Source: a virus. Taken from it: 64,000 nucleotides of DNA. Of the stretch, positions 45,684-54,452 are shown in pieces. The DNA is taken from IMG/VR virus record IMGVR_UViG_3300045988_152178; one strand, written 5' to 3'. The notes beneath the pieces were generated by a model. It did no database searches. It saw only the letters and a list, made by a program, of their open reading frames with translations, and was not told where the DNA came from. Position 1 is the first letter of the stretch, and each line of letters begins with the position of its first letter. The position numbers and the translations under genes are program-made.

Positions 45684-45722
45684 AAGTAAAAAGGTAAAAA
45701 AGTAAAAAGGTAAAAAATAAGG
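45682..45722 (+). repeat. A-rich GTAAAAA octamer motif cluster
   Basis: AAAAGTAAAAAGGTAAAAAAGTAAAAAGGTAAAAAATAAGG between portal stop and next ATG. Confidence 0.6.
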
Positions 45723-45724
45723 AT

Positions 45725-46888
45725 ATGATACTCTTCACGAATCAAGAACTCAGGCTCCACCTCCCCAGCAATGCCGTGGACGATGTAGCCAACCTGCAAG
45801 GTATGCTCGATAACAGCGAAAAGGACTTCTTGAAGCCTCGCCTGGGAGCATCCCTCTACGACCGTCTCTGCAAGCAGTATGCAAGCCTAGACCCTTTGGT
45901 CTTCTGCGAAGCTGTTGGTGATGGTACCTACGTCAACGATCCATGGAACGAACTTCTGCTTTATGCGCAGCGCATGATTGTGAATGATGCGATGGCGCAG
46001 AACATCGAGAAGCAAGCACTTTCTATGAATGGCTCCGGCATCAACGTAGCTTCCAGCAACGACTATGCCGTAGCCACCGACAAGCAGATAGCGCAGGGCA
46101 AGGAAAGCTATCGCCAGTCGGCAATGACCTCGCTCAATAACCTGCTTTCCCTCTTAGAGGGATGGGCAAAGGAAGTGAATACTCCTATGCCTATCGAGGC
46201 AGCGGGCGATGGTGCAGAAGGCGGTACCCCTTCTGATGGCAGCAACCAGGGTTCCTCATCCGAAGGAACCGATGGAGGAACCGATAGCGGTAATGATGAT
46301 GCAGCCGAAACCGAGAAGAAACGGCATGAGGCGATAGAGGAAATCCTAACCCTTTGGCAGGAGAGCAAGTACTATTACTACCATCGGGATCTGCTTTTCC
46401 CTACCTGCGAGTCTTTGCAGCCGTATCTCGATATTTACGGCAACAGAGACAAGTTTGTTCGTCTTATCCCCGATATGCTTTTCATTCAGAGTGAATATCT
46501 TGAAGAAGCCTTTGGCGAGGATTTCATTCCTCGTCTCCTGCAAGCCGATGAGAACGACAAGATGCTAAAGAAGGCACGTCAGCTTGTAGCCGCCTATCTC
46601 AAGGAACGTACATCAGTTATCAGTTTTGATAAGTTAACCCGCTCCACAGCGCACAATGATGCCATAACCGTAAGGGAAAGCATTCACCGGTTGCTGAAGA
46701 AAGAGGAAGCCGAGAAACAAGCCAAACTCGATGCAGCCAAAGCGGAAAACGCATCAGAAGACAGCACCCCTTCCTCATCTACGAGTAACGCCTCCAGTGC
46801 TTCATCATCGAACGACAATGGCGGCAGCGAAGGCTACCAGAACAACCAAAAAGGTTCTCGTATCTTCGTCACACCAATCTTGTGCTAA
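45725..46888 (+). CDS. hypothetical virion protein with acidic Gly/Ser-rich insert
   Basis: 387 aa, ATG start. Confidence 0.6.
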   Translation: MILFTNQELRLHLPSNAVDDVANLQGMLDNSEKDFLKPRLGASLYDRLCKQYASLDPLVFCEAVGDGTYVNDPWNELLLYAQRMIVNDAMAQNIEKQALSMNGSGINVASSNDYAVATDKQIAQGKESYRQSAMTSLNNLLSLLEGWAKEVNTPMPIEAAGDGAEGGTPSDGSNQGSSSEGTDGGTDSGNDDAAETEKKRHEAIEEILTLWQESKYYYYHRDLLFPTCESLQPYLDIYGNRDKFVRLIPDMLFIQSEYLEEAFGEDFIPRLLQADENDKMLKKARQLVAAYLKERTSVISFDKLTRSTAHNDAITVRESIHRLLKKEEAEKQAKLDAAKAENASEDSTPSSSTSNASSASSSNDNGGSEGYQNNQKGSRIFVTPILC

Positions 46889-47021
46889 AAAGGCTTATTT
46901 TCGGTTTTATGTCGTATCAAGCGTCTTCAAAACCGCTTAATTTGACGTTTGATCGGGAATCAAGCCTAAAACAGGCAAAAAATATTCTTAATTTTCAAAT
47001 AAACAACAAAAACAAGGATTT

Positions 47022-48137
47022 ATGGAAAATTTATCATTACAGGAAATCATCAGCATTTTGAAACCAGCTATCGGTGCAAGAATGCTTACCCAGGAGCAGA
47101 AAGATGCCTATGAGCAGGGATTGTCTATCCTGGAAGGTGCAAGTAACGCACGCTCATTTATCGACAACTCACGAAAGTTTAGGGACTATCATCGCCGTAC
47201 CCGACAAATGATAGCCTATCTTAATAGCTACAGCAACTCTCAAGTCAACGCTGCATCATCATCTGCTACCGACAAGCGACGTGTGGGCCGCCCTACCAAA
47301 GAGGAGCAGGCAGCCTATGCCGAACTTCAGAAGCAGAAAGCTATGGAAGAGGCGAAGCAGTCCCTCTTCCCTAATCTGAAACCGGACACCACCGTACAGC
47401 CGCTTACCTATAATGGTATCGTAGCCAATCCTAACGGCGAAAGTATCGCTGCCACCATGCCAAACCTGATGCAGTTGCGTCCGTACCTCTCTACCGCCCT
47501 TCAGGAGCAGGTGAACACCGTGCGTGACCTCCGTAGCGAAATGGCAAGCAAGGCAGAGCAGGCAAAGACGATGGCAGAAGCAAACGAGAAAGCTATCTCA
47601 CAAGGCAAGACTGCTATCTATACCGAGGATGAGATTGCCGAACTCGCCACAAGAGCCGTAAAGCTGGAAAGTGATATTCTTCCGGAGATCTTCAAGGCAG
47701 TAGATAGAGAGATGGGCGAGTGCTATCTGCGACTGAGCGAGAAGACCGGAGACCCTGAGTATATCGCCTATGTAAAGAAAACCTTTACCATCGACCCTCA
47801 GACCCTCCGTACCCAGTTTAAGCCTTTCTACGAGAAGGCGCAGTCTCGTGACCCTCGTTTTGCCGAGCAGGTAGCCGAGAAGATTGCCAACGACCGCCCT
47901 GAAGTAAAGGCAGCCCGCGATGCAGCCGCTAAGCACAAGGCAGAAGCCGATGCTCGCATCAAGTATATCCTTCGTAAGGATAAGCTATCTACCCAGACGA
48001 GAGTGAAAGGTATCAAGGAGCGCATAGACCAACTTCGCCAGGATTACTCTGACATCGTGACCGAAGAGGAGCTTTCGGGCTATGAAGCTATTCTCACCAA
48101 AACTATAGAAGAAGCCAAAGAGGATGCTGAAGCATAA
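47022..48137 (+). CDS. hypothetical coiled-coil protein
   Basis: 371 aa, ATG start. Confidence 0.6.
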   Translation: MENLSLQEIISILKPAIGARMLTQEQKDAYEQGLSILEGASNARSFIDNSRKFRDYHRRTRQMIAYLNSYSNSQVNAASSSATDKRRVGRPTKEEQAAYAELQKQKAMEEAKQSLFPNLKPDTTVQPLTYNGIVANPNGESIAATMPNLMQLRPYLSTALQEQVNTVRDLRSEMASKAEQAKTMAEANEKAISQGKTAIYTEDEIAELATRAVKLESDILPEIFKAVDREMGECYLRLSEKTGDPEYIAYVKKTFTIDPQTLRTQFKPFYEKAQSRDPRFAEQVAEKIANDRPEVKAARDAAAKHKAEADARIKYILRKDKLSTQTRVKGIKERIDQLRQDYSDIVTEEELSGYEAILTKTIEEAKEDAEA

Positions 48138-48142
48138 AAAAA

Positions 48143-48796
48143 ATGGCAAAGAATAAAGAAACCACAGAACAGCGCACGCAGCGTTTCAAGACCCTTTGCG
48201 TCAATATCCTCGCCCAGAGTGGCAACTGCCAGGAATCGCAGCATGCCTTCAAGAGCACGCAAAGCATTCCCGATATGTGCGAGGCATGGCGAAAGTATTG
48301 GCACGGCTTAATCACCGAGGTACCGCAGCAGGTAATCGATGCTTTCAGGGCAGTATATCCGGAGTTTAAGGCAGATATTAACCAGGGCGGCATTTTCTAT
48401 AATGAAGACTCGCCTACTGGTACCGTCCTCGTAGGCGATACAGACGAGGAAATCCATCTCTATTCCTCCCGAAAGATATACGTCTTAGGCAAGGCACACG
48501 TCATCCTCCATAATGCCGCTACCGCCCTCGTAATGAATGAAGGCTGCAAGGTAGAGCTATTGGATGGCAGCAAGGCAACCATCAAGGCAGGTTACGGCAT
48601 CGCCCGAAATTATGCCCACCTGGTAACATGCAACGAGGCTGAAAGCTACGACCAGAGTGTAGTCTTCATCACAGATGGCACCCTTCACGACCATGGGCAT
48701 CAGAAAATCAATGCCTTTGGTACGGCACTCATCGACACCTTCACCCGTCGCCTCATAGACTTATACGATAACGCAAAAATAGAAATCAGAATATGA
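48143..48796 (+). CDS. hypothetical virion protein
   Basis: 217 aa; ATGGCAAAG start; ATGA overlap with next gene. Confidence 0.6.
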   Translation: MAKNKETTEQRTQRFKTLCVNILAQSGNCQESQHAFKSTQSIPDMCEAWRKYWHGLITEVPQQVIDAFRAVYPEFKADINQGGIFYNEDSPTGTVLVGDTDEEIHLYSSRKIYVLGKAHVILHNAATALVMNEGCKVELLDGSKATIKAGYGIARNYAHLVTCNEAESYDQSVVFITDGTLHDHGHQKINAFGTALIDTFTRRLIDLYDNAKIEIRI

Positions 48797-51699
48797 ACTC
48801 ACATCTCTCTATATTAATCAATGATAAGCCGGTGGCACTCCCCGATGATTTCTCCATCGACATAGAGGATCAGAACCCCGTATTCAACGATACGGAAATG
48901 TTCTCCTATCCTTTCTCTATTCCGCTGGACGGCAACCGATGGCTGGTAAAGAACATCGAAGATATTCATGCCGCCATGAAAGCCGTGAATATGGAGCACC
49001 TGCCTACTCGCATTCATGCCGACGGACTGCCTTTCCGTAGCGGTACATTGGTCATGCAGGACGATGAGGAAATAACCGACTCACTCAGCATGAACATCGA
49101 TGCCAGCACCCAGAGCTTCAGCGAGCTTATCAGCGACCTGCAATGCCGTGATATTCCGGTAAAGGACCAGCTTATCATCGGCGAGAAAATTGGTAATGTG
49201 AGGGTGGATATTTGGAGTAACCCGGTAGTAAAAGTCAACCTCCATTCCGATGGTAAGAAAGGTGGAAAGAATACCACCGCCACCGTTACGACCGACCCAT
49301 TGAGAGCTAGTAAGGTGCTGGAACCCCAGGCACTCGGTTTCTCCTATCCCGCAAGCTGCAAGGAATATACCTCTACTGATACGGCACACTATATCGGCGA
49401 TGCCTACAACAAGAGTAAGAAATCTTATTCTTCTGGTGCGATAACAATCAATGTACCGCAAGAGACTGCCAACGGCAACTATATTAATACCTCGGCAGCC
49501 TATGACGAGACGGATGGCGCTGGCAGACCTGCTACCTACTGCAATGCCCGAATCTGTTACAAGCATCATGCCCTGGATGATGAAGGGAATACATCGAGTG
49601 ACCTCATCAAAATGGATAAGTGCTCATGGACGAATGAAGACCTCTATCCTTACTGGGTGTTGGATGCCAAACGTCCGCAATCGGGCATCTGCTTCTATGT
49701 ACTCTATTTCCTCGACTGCCTCTTTGCCTATTTGGGTGTCACCTTCGATAAACGTGCCCTGCTGGAAATTGAGGATTTGAAACATCTCTGTTTCTTTACT
49801 ACTGTCTGCGGTTATGATTCTCTCGAACACCCCCATCACGGCGATTATTACGAAGCAAAGGAAATTCAGGATGCCAAGGACATCATCAACAAGGATGGCT
49901 ACGTAAAAGGCAGCAATCCCGAAATGGAAATCGTGGCTGCTAAATCCGTAGGCGAAATCAAGACGGGCTTCTTTAAGGATCAGAAGCATATCAATTCCTG
50001 GTTGGAGAGCCGTGGCTGCGGCGGTCAGATTGAAATCACCAAGGCAGAAGATAAGGACGTGCAGGAACTCGACCTTACGCTGACTGAAAACGGTGTGGCT
50101 ACCACCCGCCATATCCAGGTGGGCGAGGTAGTTGCTTTTCCTCCTGGCAAGGGAATGAAAGTAACAGGTATCACCATCGAATCGAATATCAAGAAGTTTG
50201 AGGTGCAGGCAAACGTGCTCTATATGGTTGCCAACAGCGAGAATTTCCCTGACGAGAGCGTGAGCACTGTCATCTCTTCTCTAGAAAACGCATTCGGTAT
50301 CAAGTTCTCCTACGATTACGAGCAGAAGAAGGTAACGGCTTATCTCACTCGCGACGTGATGCGAAAGAGCGGCAGAAAGACAAGGGATTTCCACTGCGAA
50401 ATCCATTCGATGATTCCGGTGACCGAGAAGATTACCGGTGTGCGTATGCGCTACTCTGCCGAAGCTGATGCCAAGGAACAGAAGAGTTATATGCGAAACG
50501 CCAAGGGCGAATATCTCGATTCCAGTTACGATACCGATTATAACTATATCGACTACCCTCTACCTGATGGCGAATCCAGCAAGATGGGTAGAACCGTCAC
50601 CGATATGAAGTACATTGAGTTCTTCCATAACATCCATAACCCTAGTGATAAGAACTGCTACATCGACCGTAACACCGGTAATGCCTATCGTGTAAAGGTC
50701 AACAAGGAGGCAAAGACTTCCAACGAGTTAAAGCCAGTACTCTTTGAGGTAGGTCAGTTCAAGGGTGTGGAATATGGAGATTGCAGTGAGGAGAACGAAG
50801 ATTTTATTCACGATATTAGTATTGACTTTACGCCTGTACCTTTCAACGATGTGAATTACTTTAAGGAAGTAAAAGCTGCCTATGGTACCCATACCGCTGA
50901 TGTGACTGACTTTGAAGGCAAGCCTTTGCTAAAAAGTGTAGTGCAGATTACAGAGGCTCAACAACCTATCCTCTGCGCTTATGTAGATGAGGATATGGAG
51001 CATGAGTTTGTATTGCAGGAGATTAACCAGGTTATCTCTTCTTCTTTCTGTGATTTCTACATGAAACAGAAGTTAAAGCTCGTGGAAAGCTACGACCCTT
51101 CGGGCACGGATGATGGCAACTCACCCTTGCAGGATAAGTCACGATGGGGCTTTGCCGTGGCATTAATGCGTGGTGGCGGTAGTGATGCCACCCTGCAACC
51201 CTACGATTATAACTACGACCATTTCGGCACATCCAAATGGCGAACCAATGCCGGACAGTATGCCTTGGCTTGCGATTCACTGGATATGATGGGCAATGTG
51301 TTTGATTATAATGGTGTGCAGGAAGGTGTAGGCACCGGCGAACGTTTCTCGCTGAAGATACGAGCCTTTAAGGAACCATCGTGGCTGAAAGATCCGAAGT
51401 ATAAGGATTTGGTACTCTGCAATGCCGATGAAGTAGATAAAAACGGCAAGGTAGTGACTAAAATCCGCTCCCGTGGTCTATTCGATACCTTCATTCTCCC
51501 ATACGCCTACTTCCTTCTGAATAGGAAGAAGTTTATGGTAAGATGCACCACCACCGTAGCGCAAGTGGCAGATATACCCAATCACTGGCAGGATTGGTGG
51601 AATATAGGCGGTATGAAATGCCTCATTGACAAGGTGAATACCACCATCGATGCTAAGACGGGCATGGGCGAAGTAGAGTTAACGGTGTATGCCCTCTAA
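48793..51699 (+). CDS. large baseplate / distal tail protein (probable)
   Basis: 968 aa, translationally coupled to upstream gene, precedes fibre genes; no motif recognised. Confidence 0.6.
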   Translation: MNSHLSILINDKPVALPDDFSIDIEDQNPVFNDTEMFSYPFSIPLDGNRWLVKNIEDIHAAMKAVNMEHLPTRIHADGLPFRSGTLVMQDDEEITDSLSMNIDASTQSFSELISDLQCRDIPVKDQLIIGEKIGNVRVDIWSNPVVKVNLHSDGKKGGKNTTATVTTDPLRASKVLEPQALGFSYPASCKEYTSTDTAHYIGDAYNKSKKSYSSGAITINVPQETANGNYINTSAAYDETDGAGRPATYCNARICYKHHALDDEGNTSSDLIKMDKCSWTNEDLYPYWVLDAKRPQSGICFYVLYFLDCLFAYLGVTFDKRALLEIEDLKHLCFFTTVCGYDSLEHPHHGDYYEAKEIQDAKDIINKDGYVKGSNPEMEIVAAKSVGEIKTGFFKDQKHINSWLESRGCGGQIEITKAEDKDVQELDLTLTENGVATTRHIQVGEVVAFPPGKGMKVTGITIESNIKKFEVQANVLYMVANSENFPDESVSTVISSLENAFGIKFSYDYEQKKVTAYLTRDVMRKSGRKTRDFHCEIHSMIPVTEKITGVRMRYSAEADAKEQKSYMRNAKGEYLDSSYDTDYNYIDYPLPDGESSKMGRTVTDMKYIEFFHNIHNPSDKNCYIDRNTGNAYRVKVNKEAKTSNELKPVLFEVGQFKGVEYGDCSEENEDFIHDISIDFTPVPFNDVNYFKEVKAAYGTHTADVTDFEGKPLLKSVVQITEAQQPILCAYVDEDMEHEFVLQEINQVISSSFCDFYMKQKLKLVESYDPSGTDDGNSPLQDKSRWGFAVALMRGGGSDATLQPYDYNYDHFGTSKWRTNAGQYALACDSLDMMGNVFDYNGVQEGVGTGERFSLKIRAFKEPSWLKDPKYKDLVLCNADEVDKNGKVVTKIRSRGLFDTFILPYAYFLLNRKKFMVRCTTTVAQVADIPNHWQDWWNIGGMKCLIDKVNTTIDAKTGMGEVELTVYAL

Positions 51700-51709
51700 C
51701 TCCCTCTCG

Positions 51710-51739
51710 CCCCCGTTCCCAGCGATTCTATCGCTGGTC
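51710..51739 (+). repeat. hairpin repeat copy 8
   Basis: CCCCCGTTCCCAGCGATTCTATCGCTGGTC, 10 nt after stop. Confidence 0.85.
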
Positions 51740-51771
51740 TCACAATAAGAAACATAAAAAACGAAATAAAA

Positions 51772-52980
51772 ATGAATAAAGAAATTTTGATTACCGGAAC
51801 CGGTATTCATTCTGCCCTAGGCAGAAGTACCAGAGAAGTAGCCATGAACCTTTATAAGGGTAAATGCGGATTACATCACGACGAATGCCGTGATAAATAC
51901 AATTCCGATTTATGCGGCAATGTGCCTGTCTGGATAGAAGAATATAACGAAATTCTCACTCGTGCGCAGAGAGCATGCCTTCCCCTTCATGGCTTTTATG
52001 TACTCGATGCAGTATTTGAAGCCTTAAAGAAAGCCAAGGTAAGTAAGGATTTTCTCGAAAATCATAACGTGTCTATTATCGTAAGTAATGATTCTGAATG
52101 CTACGAAAGTCGGTCGGTGGTGCATCATATAGGTCAGGAAGTACATAACAGAACATTGTCTGTAGAAACATTGTTTCGCTCGCTCAATTCTACTATCAGC
52201 ATGAACCTTGCATCTATCCTTCATATTCATGGCTTATCACTTACCGTGAGCGCAGCCTGTGCAGGAGGTGGCCACGCCATCGGACTTGCCAAGATGTTGC
52301 TCGATAGCAAGCAGACGGAAATGGTAATTGTGATTGGCGCGCAGGAATGCGGATCTCAATATTGCATGGAAGCTTTTGATGCCCTCGGTGTTTTCTCACC
52401 CGATAACGTACAGCCGTTCGGCAAAGGCAGAAATGGACTGGCACCATCGGGTGGCGCAGCCTGCATCATTCTCGAACCATCGGATAGTCTTCGTCTGAAA
52501 GAAGAGAAGGTGCATTCCTTCGCTTCTCTTTCCGGTTATGGCTTCTCTACCAATGGAAAAGCTGTCACTACCCCTGATAGCTATCAGGAAGAAGTATCTA
52601 TGCTGAATGCTATCGAGAACGCTGGTCTGGACGAAGGTATGATAGACGTAGTACTTGCTCATGCTACCGGTACCCCGATGGGCGATGAAGCCGAGGCAAA
52701 GGCAATAGAGAGAATTTTCCCTATCTGTCCGAACGTAGTGGCAACAAAGGGCATGACAGGTCACGAATGTTGGATGGCAGGTGTATCGCAAGCCGTACAA
52801 GCCGTAATCATGTTCACTTATGGCCGTCTGTTCCATGCAGCCACCACCGAGGAGAACGCCTTCCCGAAACTTAACCTGGTGATGCGCCCTAAGTATTACG
52901 ATCCTCATCATATCCTCTGTAATGCCTTCGGCTTTGGGGGTACAAACTCATCATTTGTCATTTCAAAAGTAAAAAAGTAA
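51772..52980 (+). CDS. beta-ketoacyl-ACP synthase, KAS I/II (FabB/FabF-like)
   Basis: 402 aa; TVSAACAGGGHA (Cys163), VLAHATGTPMGDEAE (His297), ATKGMTGHECWMAG (Lys326, His331), NAFGFGGTNSS. Confidence 0.85.
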   Translation: MNKEILITGTGIHSALGRSTREVAMNLYKGKCGLHHDECRDKYNSDLCGNVPVWIEEYNEILTRAQRACLPLHGFYVLDAVFEALKKAKVSKDFLENHNVSIIVSNDSECYESRSVVHHIGQEVHNRTLSVETLFRSLNSTISMNLASILHIHGLSLTVSAACAGGGHAIGLAKMLLDSKQTEMVIVIGAQECGSQYCMEAFDALGVFSPDNVQPFGKGRNGLAPSGGAACIILEPSDSLRLKEEKVHSFASLSGYGFSTNGKAVTTPDSYQEEVSMLNAIENAGLDEGMIDVVLAHATGTPMGDEAEAKAIERIFPICPNVVATKGMTGHECWMAGVSQAVQAVIMFTYGRLFHAATTEENAFPKLNLVMRPKYYDPHHILCNAFGFGGTNSSFVISKVKK

Positions 52981-52998
52981 AAAGGTAAAAAAGGTAAC
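52965..52998 (+). repeat. A-rich GTAAAAA octamer motif cluster
   Basis: AAAAGTAAAAAAGTAAAAAGGTAAAAAAGGTAAC spanning the KS stop and the leader of the ACP gene. Confidence 0.6.
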
Positions 52999-53250
52999 AT
53001 GAAAAAAGAAAAAATAAGCTCTCGCATTATCACCATCGTGAACAGCCTGAAAACATCGTGGGTAAAACACGAAGTAACCCTTGCCTCTAATCTCCGTGAC
53101 GAGGTAGGGCTGGAATCTATTGATTTCCTCGATATGATCCAGCAGGTGGAAATGATGTTCCACATCAAGATTACCCCGGAAGAGGCGAAAGATTGCAAGC
53201 TCGTTTCCGATGTAGTGAATCTCGTAATTTTAAAAGTGGTAAAAAGGTGA
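52999..53250 (+). CDS. acyl carrier protein
   Basis: 83 aa; LRDEVGLESIDFLDMIQQVEMMF with Ser40 in the position of the phosphopantetheine-attachment DS(L/I)D motif. Confidence 0.75.
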   Translation: MKKEKISSRIITIVNSLKTSWVKHEVTLASNLRDEVGLESIDFLDMIQQVEMMFHIKITPEEAKDCKLVSDVVNLVILKVVKR

Positions 53251-53258
53251 AAAACAAG
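53231..53258 (+). repeat. A-rich GTAAAAA-like motif cluster
   Basis: TAAAAGTGGTAAAAAGGTGAAAAACAAG spanning the ACP stop. Confidence 0.5.
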
Positions 53259-53262
53259 AAAT

Positions 53263-54324
53263 ATGGCACAGAAAATCAATCTCACATCGGGTTCCGTCTT
53301 TGCCGGAAACCCGATAACCTTTACCATCACCCCCTCCGTGGCTACGAATCCATCCTTCCATCGGGTCATCGTGGAAGTGCATTTCGATGATGGTACGGGC
53401 AGTTACGAAACCAATAAGCTCACCATCCCCGTTACTACCGAGGGAAGAGATGTATCGCTCGATATATCCTCTGCTCTCCGCATTACGCTGGATAGCTACA
53501 AGTATACCGCTACTCCATCCACCTACCCCGTGGTAAGCTGGTACATTAAAGCCTACGATGAGTATATGGATAATAACGGCGAGGTGCATACCAATACGGG
53601 CGAAGTCTATTATCCTGCCGATGGCTCGAAGAATAAAGGTGAAACCAACCTCCGCTGTATAGCCGGAGCCTTTAGCGATATAGAGCGCCTGAAGTCGGGC
53701 GTAACTAAGGCTGTCACCCTTCTCTCCTGCAAGCCGACAGCTACCTACGAAATAGCCGTTGTAGGCGAGAGCTTTGTTTACCCGGTATCATATAGCGCAG
53801 GTCAGAACCTAGCCACCAGCAGCTCATTGACCGCCCCTGCATCCGAGGAACAGGCAATCACGAAAGAAGGTGCGCAGAGCATTCATGGACACCTTGTCTA
53901 TGCCCTACCCTCTTCTGAAGCTGAAGACCGAACCACCTTCCGCTTCATTAACCGCTTCGGTTGTCTGGAGAGCATCAGTGTTCCGAAATCCTATTCTCAG
54001 AAGTTGAACGTAACAACTACAGAGTATACGGAAGCAGTACAGGAAACCTTCAATGAGTTCTCACGCTCGGCTATAGATAAGCAGAACGACAAAGAAGGCT
54101 GGCTTTACCAAAGCGACCCTTTAACCGAAAAATGGCTGCGATGGTATTATCACGAGTTCCTGATGAGCAAGCATGTATGGTTAAAGGTAAACGACATCTG
54201 GCTCCCTTGTACTATCGCCCTGAATGATGAGATCACTATCAAGGATAAAACCAACAAGGTTATGCACTCAGTTTCCTTTACCGCAAAGCTCGGTATCAAT
54301 GGCAACCCTTTCACTTCCATCTAA
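53263..54324 (+). CDS. hypothetical tail / baseplate-associated protein
   Basis: 353 aa, ATATGGCACAG start, beta-rich composition. Confidence 0.6.
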   Translation: MAQKINLTSGSVFAGNPITFTITPSVATNPSFHRVIVEVHFDDGTGSYETNKLTIPVTTEGRDVSLDISSALRITLDSYKYTATPSTYPVVSWYIKAYDEYMDNNGEVHTNTGEVYYPADGSKNKGETNLRCIAGAFSDIERLKSGVTKAVTLLSCKPTATYEIAVVGESFVYPVSYSAGQNLATSSSLTAPASEEQAITKEGAQSIHGHLVYALPSSEAEDRTTFRFINRFGCLESISVPKSYSQKLNVTTTEYTEAVQETFNEFSRSAIDKQNDKEGWLYQSDPLTEKWLRWYYHEFLMSKHVWLKVNDIWLPCTIALNDEITIKDKTNKVMHSVSFTAKLGINGNPFTSI

Positions 54325-54353
54325 CCCCCCGCGAGCTGCGTATCTCCCTCTCG

Positions 54354-54383
54354 CCTCCGTACCCAGCGATTCTATCGCTGGGT
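54354..54383 (+). repeat. hairpin repeat copy 9
   Basis: CCTCCGTACCCAGCGATTCTATCGCTGGGT; stem extended to 10 bp by paired changes on both arms; 5 nt before P6. Confidence 0.85.
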
Positions 54384-54388
54384 TCTTT

Positions 54389-54425
54389 TTTGTCCCCACT
54401 AAAAAAGCGAAAACCTTTATCTTTG
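54389..54425 (+). promoter_or_regulatory. phage promoter-like motif P6
   Basis: TTTGTCCCCA-N19-TATCTTTG, 27 nt upstream of ATG 54453. Confidence 0.5.
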
Positions 54426-54452
54426 CATTATAAATAAAAATCCAAACAAAAA

